Positions 1 to 20,790 of a DNA stretch of 64,000 bases are shown here, one piece after another; positions within the stretch are counted from its first letter, which is position 1, and every line of letters starts with the position of its first letter. Origin of the DNA: the human T2T-CHM13v2.0 reference genome, Homo sapiens. Both the position numbers and the translations under genes were made by a program. Location: the NCBI RefSeq assembly GCF_009914755.1, contig NC_060927.1, one strand, 5' to 3'. The notes under the pieces are model-generated. The model was not told the origin of the DNA. It did no database searches and saw only the letters and a list, made by a program, of their open reading frames with translations.

Positions 1-201
1 AGGGTATTGATTGGGGAAGTGATAAGCGTCCATGAAATCTTCACAATTTATGTTCAGAGACTGCAGTAAAGACAGGCATAAGAAATTATAGAAGTATTAA
101 TTTGGGGAACTAATAAATGTCCACGAAATCTTCACAATCCACATTCATCTGTCATGGCTTCAGCCAGTCCCTCTGTTTGGGGTCCCTGACTTCCCACAAC
201 A
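1..201 (+). mobile_element. 3' part of a MER11-type (HERV-K11/HML8) LTR, cut by the window edge
   Basis: Repeated GTCCAYGAAATCTTCACAAT units and the terminal GGGGTCCCTGACTTCCCACAACA typical of MER11. Confidence 0.75.
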
Positions 202-395
202 AAGAATGATACAATGGACTTTGGGGACTCAGAGGGAAAGGGTGAAAAGGGAGTGAGGAACAAAAGACTACAAACTGGGTTCAGTGTATACTGCTTGGTG
301 CACCAAATCTCACAAATCACCACTAAAGTAATTATAAATGTAACCAAATACCACCTGTTACCCCAAAGCCTATGGAAATAAAAAATTTTTAAAAA
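202..395 (+). mobile_element. L1PB-type 3' UTR end
   Basis: AATGATACAATGGACTTTGGGGACTC...ACCAAATACCACCTG...GGAAATAAAAAA matches the L1PB 3' terminus. Confidence 0.7.
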
Positions 396-658
396 AGAAA
401 TAAGACATAACAGATCAAGCCCACAAAGAACATCCAATATTAGAGTTATCAGACACAGACAATTTTAAAACTATGCTTCTATGCTTAAGGAAATAAAAGA
501 GAACTCCTGTTCTGTAAATAATAGACTAGGTAATTCAGACCAATTATCTTACTGAGAAAAACTTTAAAAAGATGATCAAAAAATTTTTAAATCTGTTTGA
601 AAGTGCTAACAAGGAAATGAAAATTACAGGACCATGATTCTGGAGAAAAAAGAAAACT

Positions 659-963
<305 letters not shown>

Positions 964-2026
964 TCAAAGTAGCAAGTCTAGCTTTTGGAGCTACATTTCC
1001 CACAAGTGTGTTTTCAGACACCTGAAAAGGTGTCAGAAGCTAAGAAGGTGACCAAAGATATTTTTTCTTATGCCTGCCAGGGATATGAAACAAAAATTAG
1101 ACACAAAGGCCTAACAAAGAAGGGAAGGTCCTAGGAAACTTCTCACACTACACCCTAGGAATAATGATGAACTAGAAATACACTAGTTTTCTTTGGGACT
1201 GAGGTATATTTCAAACCATCACAATCTCTAAAGCTGGATTAAGATGATCCCAGATTACTAGTACACCTAGATGTCTACCAGAAGCAATCATGATTACCTC
1301 TAGGGTAAAATAACACCACAGTAGATCTCAACTTATTTCTACAACTGTTCCTATACAAAGCTCAGCACTCAGTAAAAAACAACCAGGCACACCAGGAGTA
1401 AAAACAGCATAAAAGGAAACCTACAAAAACAGCAGGCTATAAAAAGTAATCCACTGAGAACCAGAGAGTCAAATTATCAGACATGCTGACTTCTAAAAAT
1501 TGAGGTGAAGTTCACATAACATAAAATTAACCATTTTAAAGTGAGCAATTCAGTAGCATTTAGGACATTCACAATATTATGCAAACACCACCTCTATCTT
1601 GTTCCCAAAATCAGACACAGATTTTAAAATAAGTAAATTTAATATATTCAGAGACACAAAACAGATAATTTCAGCAGAAAGCTGGAAACCAAAGCAAAGA
1701 CACTAGAAATTCTAAAACTAAAAAATACAATAACCGAAAGAAAATATCCAGAATAAAGTATCAAAAGACAAAAGGAAGAAACATAAAGAATAAACATGAA
1801 AGACATAGGGTAGTCAATGATAAATACTAATGGAATTGGACTCCTGGGCAAATTGAAAAGAGAAAATGAGGCAGAAACAATATTTGAAGACATAATAGCT
1901 AAGAATGTACCCAAACTGATGAAAGACATCAAGCTACACACTCAAGAAATGCTGCAAAATCAAAGGAAGATAAATCAAAAGAAAACTCGCCTAGGCACAA
2001 AGTAAAAATGCTTTAAAACAAAAACA

Positions 2027-2325
2027 AGCTGAGCCTGGTGGCTCACGCCTGTAATCCCTGCACTTTGGGCAGCCAGGGCCAGCAGATCACTTGAGGCCAG
2101 GAGTTCAAGACCAGCCTGGCCAACCTGGTGAAACCCCATCTCTACTAAACATACAAAAATTAGCTGGGTGCACACCTGTAATCCCAGCTACTCAGGTGAC
2201 TGAGGTGGGAGGATCACTTGATCCCAGGAGGCGGAGGGTGCAGTGAGCCAAGCTTGTGCCACTGCACTCTAGCCTGGGCAACAGAGCAAGACTCTATACC
2301 AAAAACAAAAAACAAACAAACAAAA
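2027..2325 (+). mobile_element. Alu (AluJ/S type)
   Basis: Dimeric Alu with (CAAA)n tail. Confidence 0.9.
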
Positions 2326-2632
2326 ACAAGGAGAAAAATATTAAAGGTAGTCAGAGATATTATAAATTGCCTTCAAAGGAACAGCAAATAGATTGACAAT
2401 TGAATTCTCAGCAGAAACAATGAATCCAAGAGACAATGGAATATTTTCAAATGCTGAAAGTAACTACCAACTTATAATTCTATACCCAGTGAAAATATTC
2501 ATCAAAATTAAGGTGACAAATACCAAGTGTTGATGAGGACATAAAGAAACTAGAATTCTCATACATTGGTCAGAATGTGAAATGATAGAGCTACTCTGAA
2601 AAAGTCTGACAGTTTCTTAAAAACTTAAATGT

Positions 2633-9401
<6,769 letters not shown>

Positions 9402-9415
9402 AAAAACTTAAATGT

Positions 9416-9690
9416 ATACTTACCATATGACTCAGGAATTCTAATTCTAGGTATCTACCCAAGAAAACTGAAAGCATATGTCCACACAAATATTTGAACA
9501 TACAGTTTACAAGAGCTTTCTTTGTAATAGCCAAAAACTAGAAACTAAAATGTCCATCAACAGATGAATGGATAAACAAACTGTGATATATCTATACAAT
9601 GGAGTACTTCTCAGCAATAAAAAGGAATAAACTATGGATATGTGCAACTACATGGGTGAATCCTGAAATAATGCTGAATGAAAAAAACTG
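9416..9690 (+). mobile_element. Old L1M 3' end (continuation of the host element)
   Basis: TTACCATATGACTCAG...AAATGTCCATCAACAGATGAATGGATAAACAAA L1M 3' motifs. Confidence 0.7.
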
Positions 9691-9964
9691 AATATCAATT
9701 ATATTAATAGCCCATGCCAACTGAATTGTCTTTTCCCAAAAGTCTTTCAATATACCTCAAACATTTGCAAATTTCCTTGACCTCTTTGCATATACATACA
9801 AAACCAATGTTTCCTTTCTCCCAACTACCAAACATGCAGCACTAAACCATTCTAAAATTGGAAACAACTGTATACCAAAAATAGAAGAATGTGTCTTAAA
9901 CTATGAAATAATTATTCTCCACAGGCACTTTCATCTTCTCAAGAAAGCAAAGATTGATTAGTAT

Positions 9965-10498
9965 GGTGAAGAATAGAAGAAGCTGACACCTCAAAACATG
10001 CCACTTTGGCATAAGGATTATTCTGAGTTGAAGGCAACTAAGATGATAACACAAGAAAAGCTCTCTTCCCTTCCTTTATTAGCCTAAAGGAGGACATAAA
10101 TCTGTATAGAAATTTATCCAGTGACAACCCTGGATCCTTATTAGCCCAGAGGTGGCACTAGAGGACTCTACATAACCAAGTTTACTGACTAGCCCTTATC
10201 TGTCATTAGTCCTTAATATATTTACCTTCCCACAATTTGCTTCCCTAGAGACTCAAAGTCCTTTTCCTTTGTCTTGCCACTTCTCTGCAAATTTATTGGG
10301 GGTGGCTGTTGTTAAGATGCTATGGAAGTCCAAGTTCTAGCAACCTCTTTAAGCCCAACATCCATGGGTTTCTCCCATGTATATATGATATAAACATATT
10401 CATAAACTTGTTTGTTTTTCACTTGTTAGTTTTTTGTTACAGAGTCCTGACTGAGAATCTGAAAGAGTAGAAGTAAAAATATTTTTTCCTTCTCTATA
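9965..10498 (+). mobile_element. Solo LTR, MER34-like (ERV1)
   Basis: ATGCCACTTTGGCATAAGGATTATTCTGAGTTGAAGGCAA near the start and an LTR-like TTTTTTCCTTCTCTATA end; family assigned from memory. Confidence 0.5.
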
Positions 10499-11276
10499 AT
10501 AGAATGAGATGTTTGACTAGTATGTAATAGAAATGAGGCAACCTAGCAACATTCAGGGGCGGCAATTCCTTGGGTTTGCTGATTTCTGTTTACACTCTAT
10601 AAAATACCCATCAGAGACTTAAAAAAACAAACAGCCAATTTCAGTTGATCATATTGGCACAGATAGCCTTCCCCAACCCCAGGTATCCACTCCTCAATCA
10701 TATTTGCCTTTCCCCTTCTATGGGTGACTGAAGCATGAAACCTCCTCTGTACCAATTTATAAGCTACACGACAAATCTTTGGGACCTGGAACAAAGAGCT
10801 AAAGGCACGATAAATCATTTATGACAGATGAAACTATTTGATAGAAAATACATGGCATTACATTCAAGTCACCCCTTATCAATGAACTCTCATGTATCTG
10901 TTCTTTGAAGTGCTTAAAACCCTGGTAAATTTGTAAGCTTTGTATTTCTAATAATTTAATTTGTTATTAATTACATCTCAACCTGTCTGAAAGATAAATA
11001 GATATCTTCCCCCAACAAAGACCACTGGTCTTCCTGCTCTCAACTTGTTCACTCAGCCAAAGACCTGGCACAGCACCTTTACAGCTTCTGATGGCTGCTT
11101 TTTCACACCAATAAGTCAATGATTTAAAGAGCTTCAGATTTCCACATGCCCTATATCTAAGAGCAAGGTCAAAACCAATGCATATAGAAAGTATTTCCAA
11201 AATACCCCTCCATTTAGAGAGATTTTATAAATATACTATTGATGAGGAAAGCAACCTTGTTAACAAAGCCAACCTA

Positions 11277-11592
<316 letters not shown>

Positions 11593-12129
11593 AACAAAGC
11601 CAACCTAAAAATTTAGCATTCTAATGGTAGAGGAGTTTGTCAAACAATGTCTTCTCTGAAACTATGGTCAATACCAGCAGCTCTACTACTGCCTGCCCCA
11701 AGCTGGCACATAAACAAGGTCAGAGCACCAACTGCCTCTGTCCTCATACTAGAGCCCCCTAGTATCTCTGATTAATTCTCTCGGACTCCATGGAATTTAT
11801 ACTAACTCATCTGATCCTTCCAATACTGCCAGCACACACTGAGGGGACTTCCAGACCCTGCCTGATGAATACTGCTCCCTTTTAGATAGCCTGAACTCAC
11901 ATATGCAAACGTATATATAGTGTTGTGTCAGCAAAACCACTAAAATAAGGACTCAATGTTTATAATGACATAATGTTAGTAAAGATCAGAAACAACTCAT
12001 ACAACTAAACATTAGTTACCAGCATAAGATTCATTTCTTTTAATCACAATAAACACCCAAGTTTTAATAGTTTTTTAAAATTAGGGAGTTAATTATTTAA
12101 TGTTATAAAATTGCCATTTCTATAAAAAG

Positions 12130-12860
<731 letters not shown>

Positions 12861-12895
12861 AACTAACCATCATCTAAGAATTCATAACTCAGTAC

Positions 12896-13076
12896 CTGTA
12901 AAGTTTTCTGCTCCTTTTGAAGATCTTTTATTTTATTCTGTTGGTGGCAAGCCCTATTTAGTGATTCATCCTCCAATTCACCAATTTTGGATTTCACACT
13001 TTCCATAATTTGTTCCAAGTCATTAGCTCGTTGTTCTTGATTGGCTGCTCGGCTTTGCTCTAGCTGAAGTTCATTT
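12896..13076 (-). CDS. CEP70: CEP70 coding exon 6 (181 bp; codons 95-155, [16 protein letters not shown]...[11 protein letters not shown])
   Basis: Acceptor TTAG| and donor CAG|GTACTG; phases consistent with exon 5; peptide matches recalled CEP70 coiled-coil sequence. Confidence 0.93.
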
Positions 13077-13179
13077 CTAAGTTAATAGACATACAATTTC
13101 TTCCCTTAGTATTAAAAATAAATCGAATTACCAAGCATATCCATATAAGAATGTATTGCCTTTCTAAAGTTTCTTTGCA

Positions 13180-13400
13180 TTCTCTTTATCCAAAATGCTT
13201 GGAACCAGAAGTGATTCATATTTCAGATTTTTTCAGATTTTGGAATATTTGCATCATACTTACTAGTTAAGCATCTCAAATCTGAAAATCCAAAATCCAA
13301 AATGCTCCAATAAGCATTTCCTTTAAGCATCATGTTGGTGCTCAAAAAGTTTCAAATTTTGGAGCCTTTCAGATTTTCAGATTTGAGATGCTCATCCTGC
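13180..13400. mobile_element. Tigger4a-like DNA transposon
   Basis: TTATCCAAAATGCTTGGAACCAGAAGTG...GATGCTCATCCTG Tigger4/Zombi motifs. Confidence 0.7.
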
Positions 13401-13611
13401 AACAGAAACTAATAGAAGAAATATAGGGTACCATTAAACATCTATGCTAAGCTATTACCAAAAGATTTACCTATTAAAATTTTACCTACAAAAATATTTT
13501 TTAGTTTAATATTTAATCAAAATGGGAAATTAAATTTCAAGATTTTTTTCAAGGCAGTTATTTTTAGAACGCATACAAACAATTCAAAAGAAATCTTTTC
13601 CATTTTCTCAC

Positions 13612-13735
13612 CTAAGCTGTTGATTAGTTTCTATAAGCTCCTGTATCATGTTCTGTTGACATGATGTTTCTTCCACCAACAATTTCAAATTCTGTCTCAT
13701 CCTTTGTGATGACTGTTTGTCAAAAATGATGAGAT
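13612..13735 (-). CDS. CEP70: CEP70 coding exon 5 (124 bp; [42 protein letters not shown])
   Basis: Acceptor TGTAG| and donor TAG|GTGAGA; peptide visible in ORF track 13608-13826. Confidence 0.94.
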
Positions 13736-13843
13736 CTACATTTAAAAAGTATATAATACAGATAGTAAAAATAAAAGGCAAAAAAAATTTTTTAAGGAAA
13801 AATAAACTTTTTACCTTAAGCATCAAGAATAGGATCTAATTAC

Positions 13844-13934
13844 CTTTGAGATCTGTTCTTTTGACTAGAGACAAAGGTTTTAAGCCATGCATCATCAATA
13901 GCACATTTATGCTTTCCCATTCTGCTTCTTCCTG
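13844..13934 (-). CDS. CEP70: CEP70 coding exon 4 (91 bp; [30 protein letters not shown])
   Basis: Acceptor TGTAG|CAG and donor AAG|GTAATT; 108-bp intron to exon 5; frame consistent. Confidence 0.94.
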
Positions 13935-14336
13935 CTACAATTACAGAAAGAGAAGAAAGGGTTAACTTTAGATATAAAGTGAAGAAATTCTCTCATATAT
14001 AATTTCCTGCATTTTCAGAATAGAACTTTTTCTTCAAAAGTTTTAAGTATAAATGTTTATGCATATATAATATCCAAAAAACACATTTATTGTTTCTAGC
14101 AAAATTAGTAATAGACTAGAAGTATGTAAATAAGCACAAATTGTTGCATTATACAGAATACTCATATGTAGGCCTCAATGGACAAAACCAACAACAACAA
14201 CAAAAACACCTTGTAATTTCAGTGAATCAAATAAATCTAAGGTTTTAGATTTAACTAAGCCAAACCAAGCCCTGCTCAGAATAAACAGCTGTAAACTAGG
14301 CTATAATAACTGGATAGTAAAGAAAAGAAAAGGTGA

Positions 14337-14656
<320 letters not shown>

Positions 14657-15437
14657 CTAAGTATCACTTTCATAATGACTAGGGTCACAAAAAAATCAAA
14701 ACATACCTGACTAGTTGGAGCCAATATTTCAGACAGCTCCTTGTCAAATGGACAAGGTCTAACTATAAAAAGGAGCCCGTCCATCTGGATAACTGACTCT
14801 AACAGAATCACCCTGAAAGACACTCTCAAAGTCAAACAAGTCTTTCTTTTTGACTGTTGACTTCTTCCTCCTTTTTTTTACATCTCCTCCCACTCATAAC
14901 TTTTCTCTCATTTATGCTTTAGTCTTTCTGATCACAGAGTTTAACTACGTGGTAGACACAACTAAAATTAACATTGATGTTGTTTTAGGAGCCAAAAGCT
15001 CTGAGTTAGTGTCTCAGAACTTCTACTGTAACTCATAAAAACAAAATGCTCTATACATAATAAAGTCACATATTTTGAATGATTAACTTATACATATTGT
15101 TTCCTGATACCTCTTACATTTTAAGATAAAGTAATTGTAAATTCTGAAAATAGTTGGGAATGGCATTTTCCAAAGTACATGCTACAGAACACTAGTCTAA
15201 TGAAATGTTCATCAAACTAGTGTTAAGTATGTATGAAATGCTGTATACTAAATCCTCCCTTTGGAGACTAATATTGTGAAGTCTTAGAGTAATTAAACCA
15301 TTTCACAGTCTTTAACCCAGCATTTCCTAAAATTATTTGAGAAAGAATCCTTTTAAAGTCAAATTTTCCTGTTTGTAGATGTAGCATTCTTTGGCACATA
15401 TTTTGAGAAGCAGTGTCTTAAAATATTTTAAGTTTAC

Positions 15438-15506
15438 CTGTTTTTCAGTCATGAGTCTGTCTGATGGTTGACTGGAATCCTGGGGTTTAGGGGCTACCGG
15501 AAACAT
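15438..15506 (-). CDS. CEP70: CEP70 first coding segment in exon 3 (exon 15438-15511; [23 protein letters not shown])
   Basis: Acceptor AAAAG|TAACT ATG and donor CAG|GTAAAC; peptide is the recalled N-terminus of human CEP70. Confidence 0.95.
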
Positions 15507-15809
15507 AGTTACTTTTGTAGAATCAAAAGAAACAGAAATTGGCAATTAAAAAATTTGAGTTGCCTAAATGAAAAAAGACAAAAAGTGCAAAAGGAGTTAA
15601 AGAAAAGTATATTTAAAAGAATCCACTACTCTTGCAGGGCAATTCAGGTCATTCCTGCGTCAAAACTTTGTGACTTCTTAGATAGCTGATTGTAAGACTC
15701 ATTTGAATAAACCCTATCTTATAATGTTCTCCTCTGGAAATAAAGCATTCTGGGATTTTACACATATACCACACACACACATACACTCTGTCCTGTCTAA
15801 CCCCCCACC

Positions 15810-16535
15810 ACAGAATGCATAACTGGTACCCAAGAACAGAGGAAAGAATGGAGTAGAAGGAGCATTTGAAGAGCTAATGGCTAAGAAAAATTTGAGAATC
15901 AATGAAAGACATAAATCCACACATTCTAGAAACCCAACATATTGCAACTGGGATACAGTAAAAAAAAAAAAGAAAAAAGAAAAAAAAAGTCAGTCATACC
16001 TAGACACTAATATCTTCAATGTGCTGAAAGAAAATAATTGCTTATCTAAAATTCCAAAGCCAGTGAAAACATTCATTAACGAATAATAAAGGCAAAAGTA
16101 ATATATTTTCAAACACATGACACAAAATAAATCTGAGAGTGTTCATTGCATCTGCTCTGTAAAAAAATTCTAAAGAAGCTGCTTCATGCAGAAGACTCCC
16201 TGATGGAAAAGCAGAGATGTAGAAAAAAATAGAGCAAAAAAATGGGCGAGTTTAAACACAGACTACATAATGAGATCTTGTGAAGTATAAAATGTACAAT
16301 TAAAATGCACAGTAACAGAAATATATTAGCTGAGAGTAGGGTAAATGGAGTAACAGTGTTCTAAGTTTGTTTACAATGGAGGTGGACACTGGTAAAGGTA
16401 TCTGTTAACACTGGGCTTTTGTATAAGTTAAGGATGCTTGAGAATTTCTAGGACATCCACTGAAGAACTGAACAGAAGTATATAATTTTCTAACTAGTAA
16501 AGGGGAAAAACAAGACTATAATGATGCATTTTTAA
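15810..16535 (+). mobile_element. Degenerate old L1M (ORF1-region) fragment
   Basis: Diverged L1 ORF1-like sequence (ATTTGAAGAGCTAATGGCT, TTCAATGTGCTGAAAGAAAATAATTG). Confidence 0.5.
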
Positions 16536-16550
16536 AAATAAACCCAAGGG

Positions 16551-19500
16551 CATCCAAGATGGCCAAATATGAAAGGCTTCAGTCTGCAGCTCCCAGTGTG
16601 ACTGATGCAGAAGACAGGTGATTTCTGCGTTTCCAACTGAGGTACCTGGTTCATCTCGTTGGGACTGGTTGGACAGTGGGTGCAGCCCACAAAGGGCGAG
16701 CCGAAGCAGGGTGGGGCATTGCCTCACCCAGGAAGTGCAAGAGTAGAGAGATTACCCATTCCTAGCCAAAGGAAGCCGTGACAGACTGTACCAGGAAAAT
16801 CCAGACACTGCTACCCAAACACTGCGCTTTTCCAATGGTCTCAGCAAGTGGCACACCAGGAGATTATATCCCATGCCTGGCTCAGTGGGTCCCATGCCCA
16901 TGGAGCCTTGCTCACTGCTAGCGCAGCAGTCCAAGATTGAACTGCAAGGTGGCAGCCTGGCTGAGGGAGGGGCATCTGCCATTGCTGAGGCTTGAGTAGG
17001 TAAACAAAGCGGCAGGAAAGCTTGAACCGGGTAGAGCCCACCGCAGCTCAAAGAGGCCTGCCTGCCTCTGTAGACTCCACCTCTGGGGGCAGGGCATAGC
17101 TGAACAAAAGGCAGCAGAAACTTCTGCAGACTTAAATGTCCCTGTCTGACAGCTCTGAAGACAGCAGTGGTTCTCCCAGCATGGTGTTTGAGCTCTGAGA
17201 ACGGACAGACTGCCTACTCAAGTGGGTCCCTGACTTCCGTGTAGCCTAACTGGGAGACACCTCCCAGTAGGGCCCGACTGACACCTCATACAGCCAGGTG
17301 CCCCTCTGAGATGAAGATTTCAGAGGAAAGATCAGGCAGCAATATTTGCTGTTCTGCAGCCTCTGCTGGCGATACCCAGGCAAACAGGGTCTGGAGTGGA
17401 CCTCCAGCAAACTCCCACAGACCTGCAGCTGAGGGACCTAACTGTTAGAAGGAAAACTAACAAACAGAAAGGAAAAGCATCAACATTAACAAAAAGGACA
17501 TCCACACCAAAACCCTATCTGTAGGTCACCATCATCAAAGACCAAAGGAAGATAAAACTACAAAGATGGGGAGAAACCAGAGCAGAAAAGCTGAAAATTC
17601 CAAAAATCAAAGCGCCTCTTCTCCTCCAAAGGATCGCAGCTCCTCACTAGCAACAGAACAAAGCTGGATGGAGAATGACTTTGACGAGTTGACAGAAGTA
17701 GGCTTCAGAAGGTCGGTAATAACAAACTTCTCCAAGCTAAAGGAGGATGTTCAAACCCATCACAAGGAAGCTAAAAACCTTGAAAAAAGATTAGATGAAT
17801 AGCTTACTAGAATAAACAGTGTAAAGAAGACCTTAAATGACCGGATGGAGCTGAAAACCATGGCACGAGAACTATGTGACACATGCACAAGCTTCAGTAG
17901 CTGATTTGATCAAGTGGCAGAAAGGGTATCAGTGATTGAAGATCAAATTAATGAAATGAAGCGAGAAGAGAAGTTTAGAGAAAAAAGTAAAAAGGAATGA
18001 ACAAAGCCTCCAAGAAATATGGGACTATGTGAAAAGACCAAATCTATGTTTGATTGGTGTACCCAAAAGTGAGGGGGGGAATGGAACCAAGCTGGAAAAC
18101 ACTCCTCAGGATATTATCCAGGAGAACTTCCCCAACCTAGCAAGACAGGCCAACATTCAAATTCAGGAAATACAGAGAACACCACAAAGATACTCCTCGA
18201 GAAGAGCAACCCTAGGACACATAAGTGTCAGATTCACCAAGGTTGAAATGAAGGAAAAAATGTTAAGGGCAGCCAGAGAGAAAGCTCGGGTTACCCACAA
18301 AGGGAAGCCCATCAGACTAACAGCAGATCTCTTGGCCGAAACCCTACAAGCCAGAAGAGAGTGGGGGCCAATATTCAACATTCTTAAAGAAAAGAATTTT
18401 CAGTCCAGAATTTCATATCCAGCCAAACTAAGCTTCATAAATGAAGGAGAAATAAAATCCTTTACAGACAAGCAAATGCAAAGAGATTGTGTCACCACCA
18501 GGCCTGCCTTACAAGAGCTCCTGAAGGAAGCACTAAACATGGAAAGGAACAACCAGTACCAGCCACTGCAAAAACATGCCAAATTGTAAAGACCATCAAT
18601 GCTAGGAAGAAATTGCATCAACTAATGGGCAAAATAACCAACTAACATCATAATGACAGGATCAGATTCACACATAACAATATTAACCTTAAATGTAAAT
18701 GGGCTAAATGCCCCAATTAAAAGACACAGACTGGCAAATCGGATAAAGAGTCAAGACCCATCAGTGTGCTGTATTCAGGAGACCCATCTCATGTGCAGAG
18801 ACACACATAGGCTCAAAATAAAGGGATGGAGGAAGATCTACCAAGCAAATGGAAAGCAAAAAAAAGCAGGGGTTGCAATCCTAGTCTCTGATAAAACAGA
18901 CTTTAAACCAGCAAAGATCAAAAGAGATAAAGAAGACCATTACATAATGGTAAAGGGATCAATTCAACAAGAAGAGCTAACTATCCTAAATATACACGCA
19001 CCCAATACAGGAGCACCCAGATTCATAAAGCAAGTCCTTAGAGACCTACAAAGAGACTTAGACTCCCACACAATAATAATAGGAGACTTTAACACCCTAC
19101 TGTCAATATGAGACAGATCAACAAGACAGAAGGTTAACAAGGATATCCAGGACTTGAACTCAGCTCTGCACCAAGCAGACCTAATAGACATCTACAGAAC
19201 TCTCCACCCCAAATCAATAGAATATACATTCTTCTCAGCACCACATCACACTTATTCAAAAATTGACCACTTAGTTGGAAGTAAAGCACTCCTCAGCAAA
19301 TGTAAAACAACAGAAATCACAACAAACTGTCTCTCAGACCACAGTGCAGTCAAATTAGAACTCAGGATTAAGAAACTCACTCAAAACCGCACAACTACAT
19401 GGAAACTGAACAACCTGCTCCTGAATGACTACTGTGTAAATAACAAAATGAAGGCAGAAATAAAGATGTTCTTTGAAACCAATGAGAACAAAGACACAAC

Positions 19501-19932
19501 ATACCAGAATCTTGGAACCAACCCAAATGTCCATCAATGATAGACTGGATTAAGAAAATGTGGCACATATACACCATGGAATACTATGCAGCCATTAAAA
19601 AGAATGAGTTCATGTCCTTTGTAGGGACATGGATAAAGCTGGAAACCATCATTCTGAGCAAACTATCGCAAGGATAGAAAACCAAACACTGCATGTTCTC
19701 ACTCATAGGTGGGAACTGAACAATGAGAACACTTGGACACAGGAACGGGAACATCACACACCAGGGCCTGTCATGGGGTGGGGGGATGGGGGAGGGATAG
19801 CATTAGGAGAAATACCTAATGTAAACGACGAGTTAATGGGTGCAGCACACCAACATGGCACATGTATACATATGTAACAAACCTGCACGCTGTCATGTAC
19901 TCTAGAACTTAAAGTATAATAAATACATAAAT
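16551..19932 (+). mobile_element. L1PA5/6-like element with intact ends and a ~2.7-kb internal ORF2 deletion
   Basis: 5' UTR; ORF1 ATG at 17566 (disrupted); ORF2 EN from 18653; jump to the ORF2 3' end at ~19511; poly-A; TSD AAATAAACCCAAGGG at 16536-16550 and 19933-19947. Confidence 0.92.
16752..16982 (-). other. Open L1 ORF0 homologue (76 aa, MADAPPSARLPPCSSILDCCASSEQ...)
   Basis: Antisense ORF in the L1 5' UTR, collinear with L1HS ORF0 (MAGAPPPASLPPCSLISDCCAS...); ATG context GCAATGG. Confidence 0.7.
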
Positions 19933-19945
19933 AAATAAACCCAAG

Positions 19946-20372
<427 letters not shown>

Positions 20373-20607
20373 TTAAAAGAGACTGTCAAACTAGATTTTT
20401 AAAAATCAAGCTATATGCTGTTGAAGGGAAAAAAGACTTCTAAAACACTAAAAAGCCACTTAAAATAAAAACATTAAAGCAGTTAAAAGTAAGAGAATAA
20501 AGAAACAATTCTGGGAAGACGGCATGGCCACAGCCTAGTTTTTTCATCTCTGCATCCCACATTAAAACAGAAGCAACTAGAGAGCAAAGCTAAAAACCCA
20601 AAAGCAA

Positions 20608-20790
20608 TAGCAGGTCTTCCCTATACATGGGGATTGGTTTCAGAACCACCTGCAAGTACCAAAATCCATGGATGCTCAAGTTCCTTCAATAAAATGGTGT
20701 AGTACCGTTGGCCCTCCTTATCTGCAGGTTTCAATCTGCAGTCGGTTGAATCTGTGGATACAAAACTGGCAGATATAGAGAGCTAACTAT
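20608..20790. mobile_element. MER2/MER2B-like DNA transposon fragment
   Basis: GGGGATTGGTTTCAG...ACCAAAATCCATGGATGCTCAAGTTCC MER2 motif. Confidence 0.65.

Noticed and set aside
10143-10160. CTCF-like motifs (here and at ~37443)
   Set aside because: Two or more mismatches to the core; cannot be supported without ChIP data
10500-11260. Short minus-strand ORFs in unassigned intronic sequence
   Set aside because: No recognisable homology or convincing splice sites; left uncalled
16860-16885. In-frame ORF0-CEP70 exon 3 fusion through the first known ORF0 donor
   Set aside because: The phase would fit, but the site reads CAG|GCATGG (GC, poor consensus) rather than GT
19495-19530. Spliced L1 retrocopy as the cause of the internal deletion
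   Set aside because: The missing segment, judged from the neighbouring L1, does not begin with GT or end with AG
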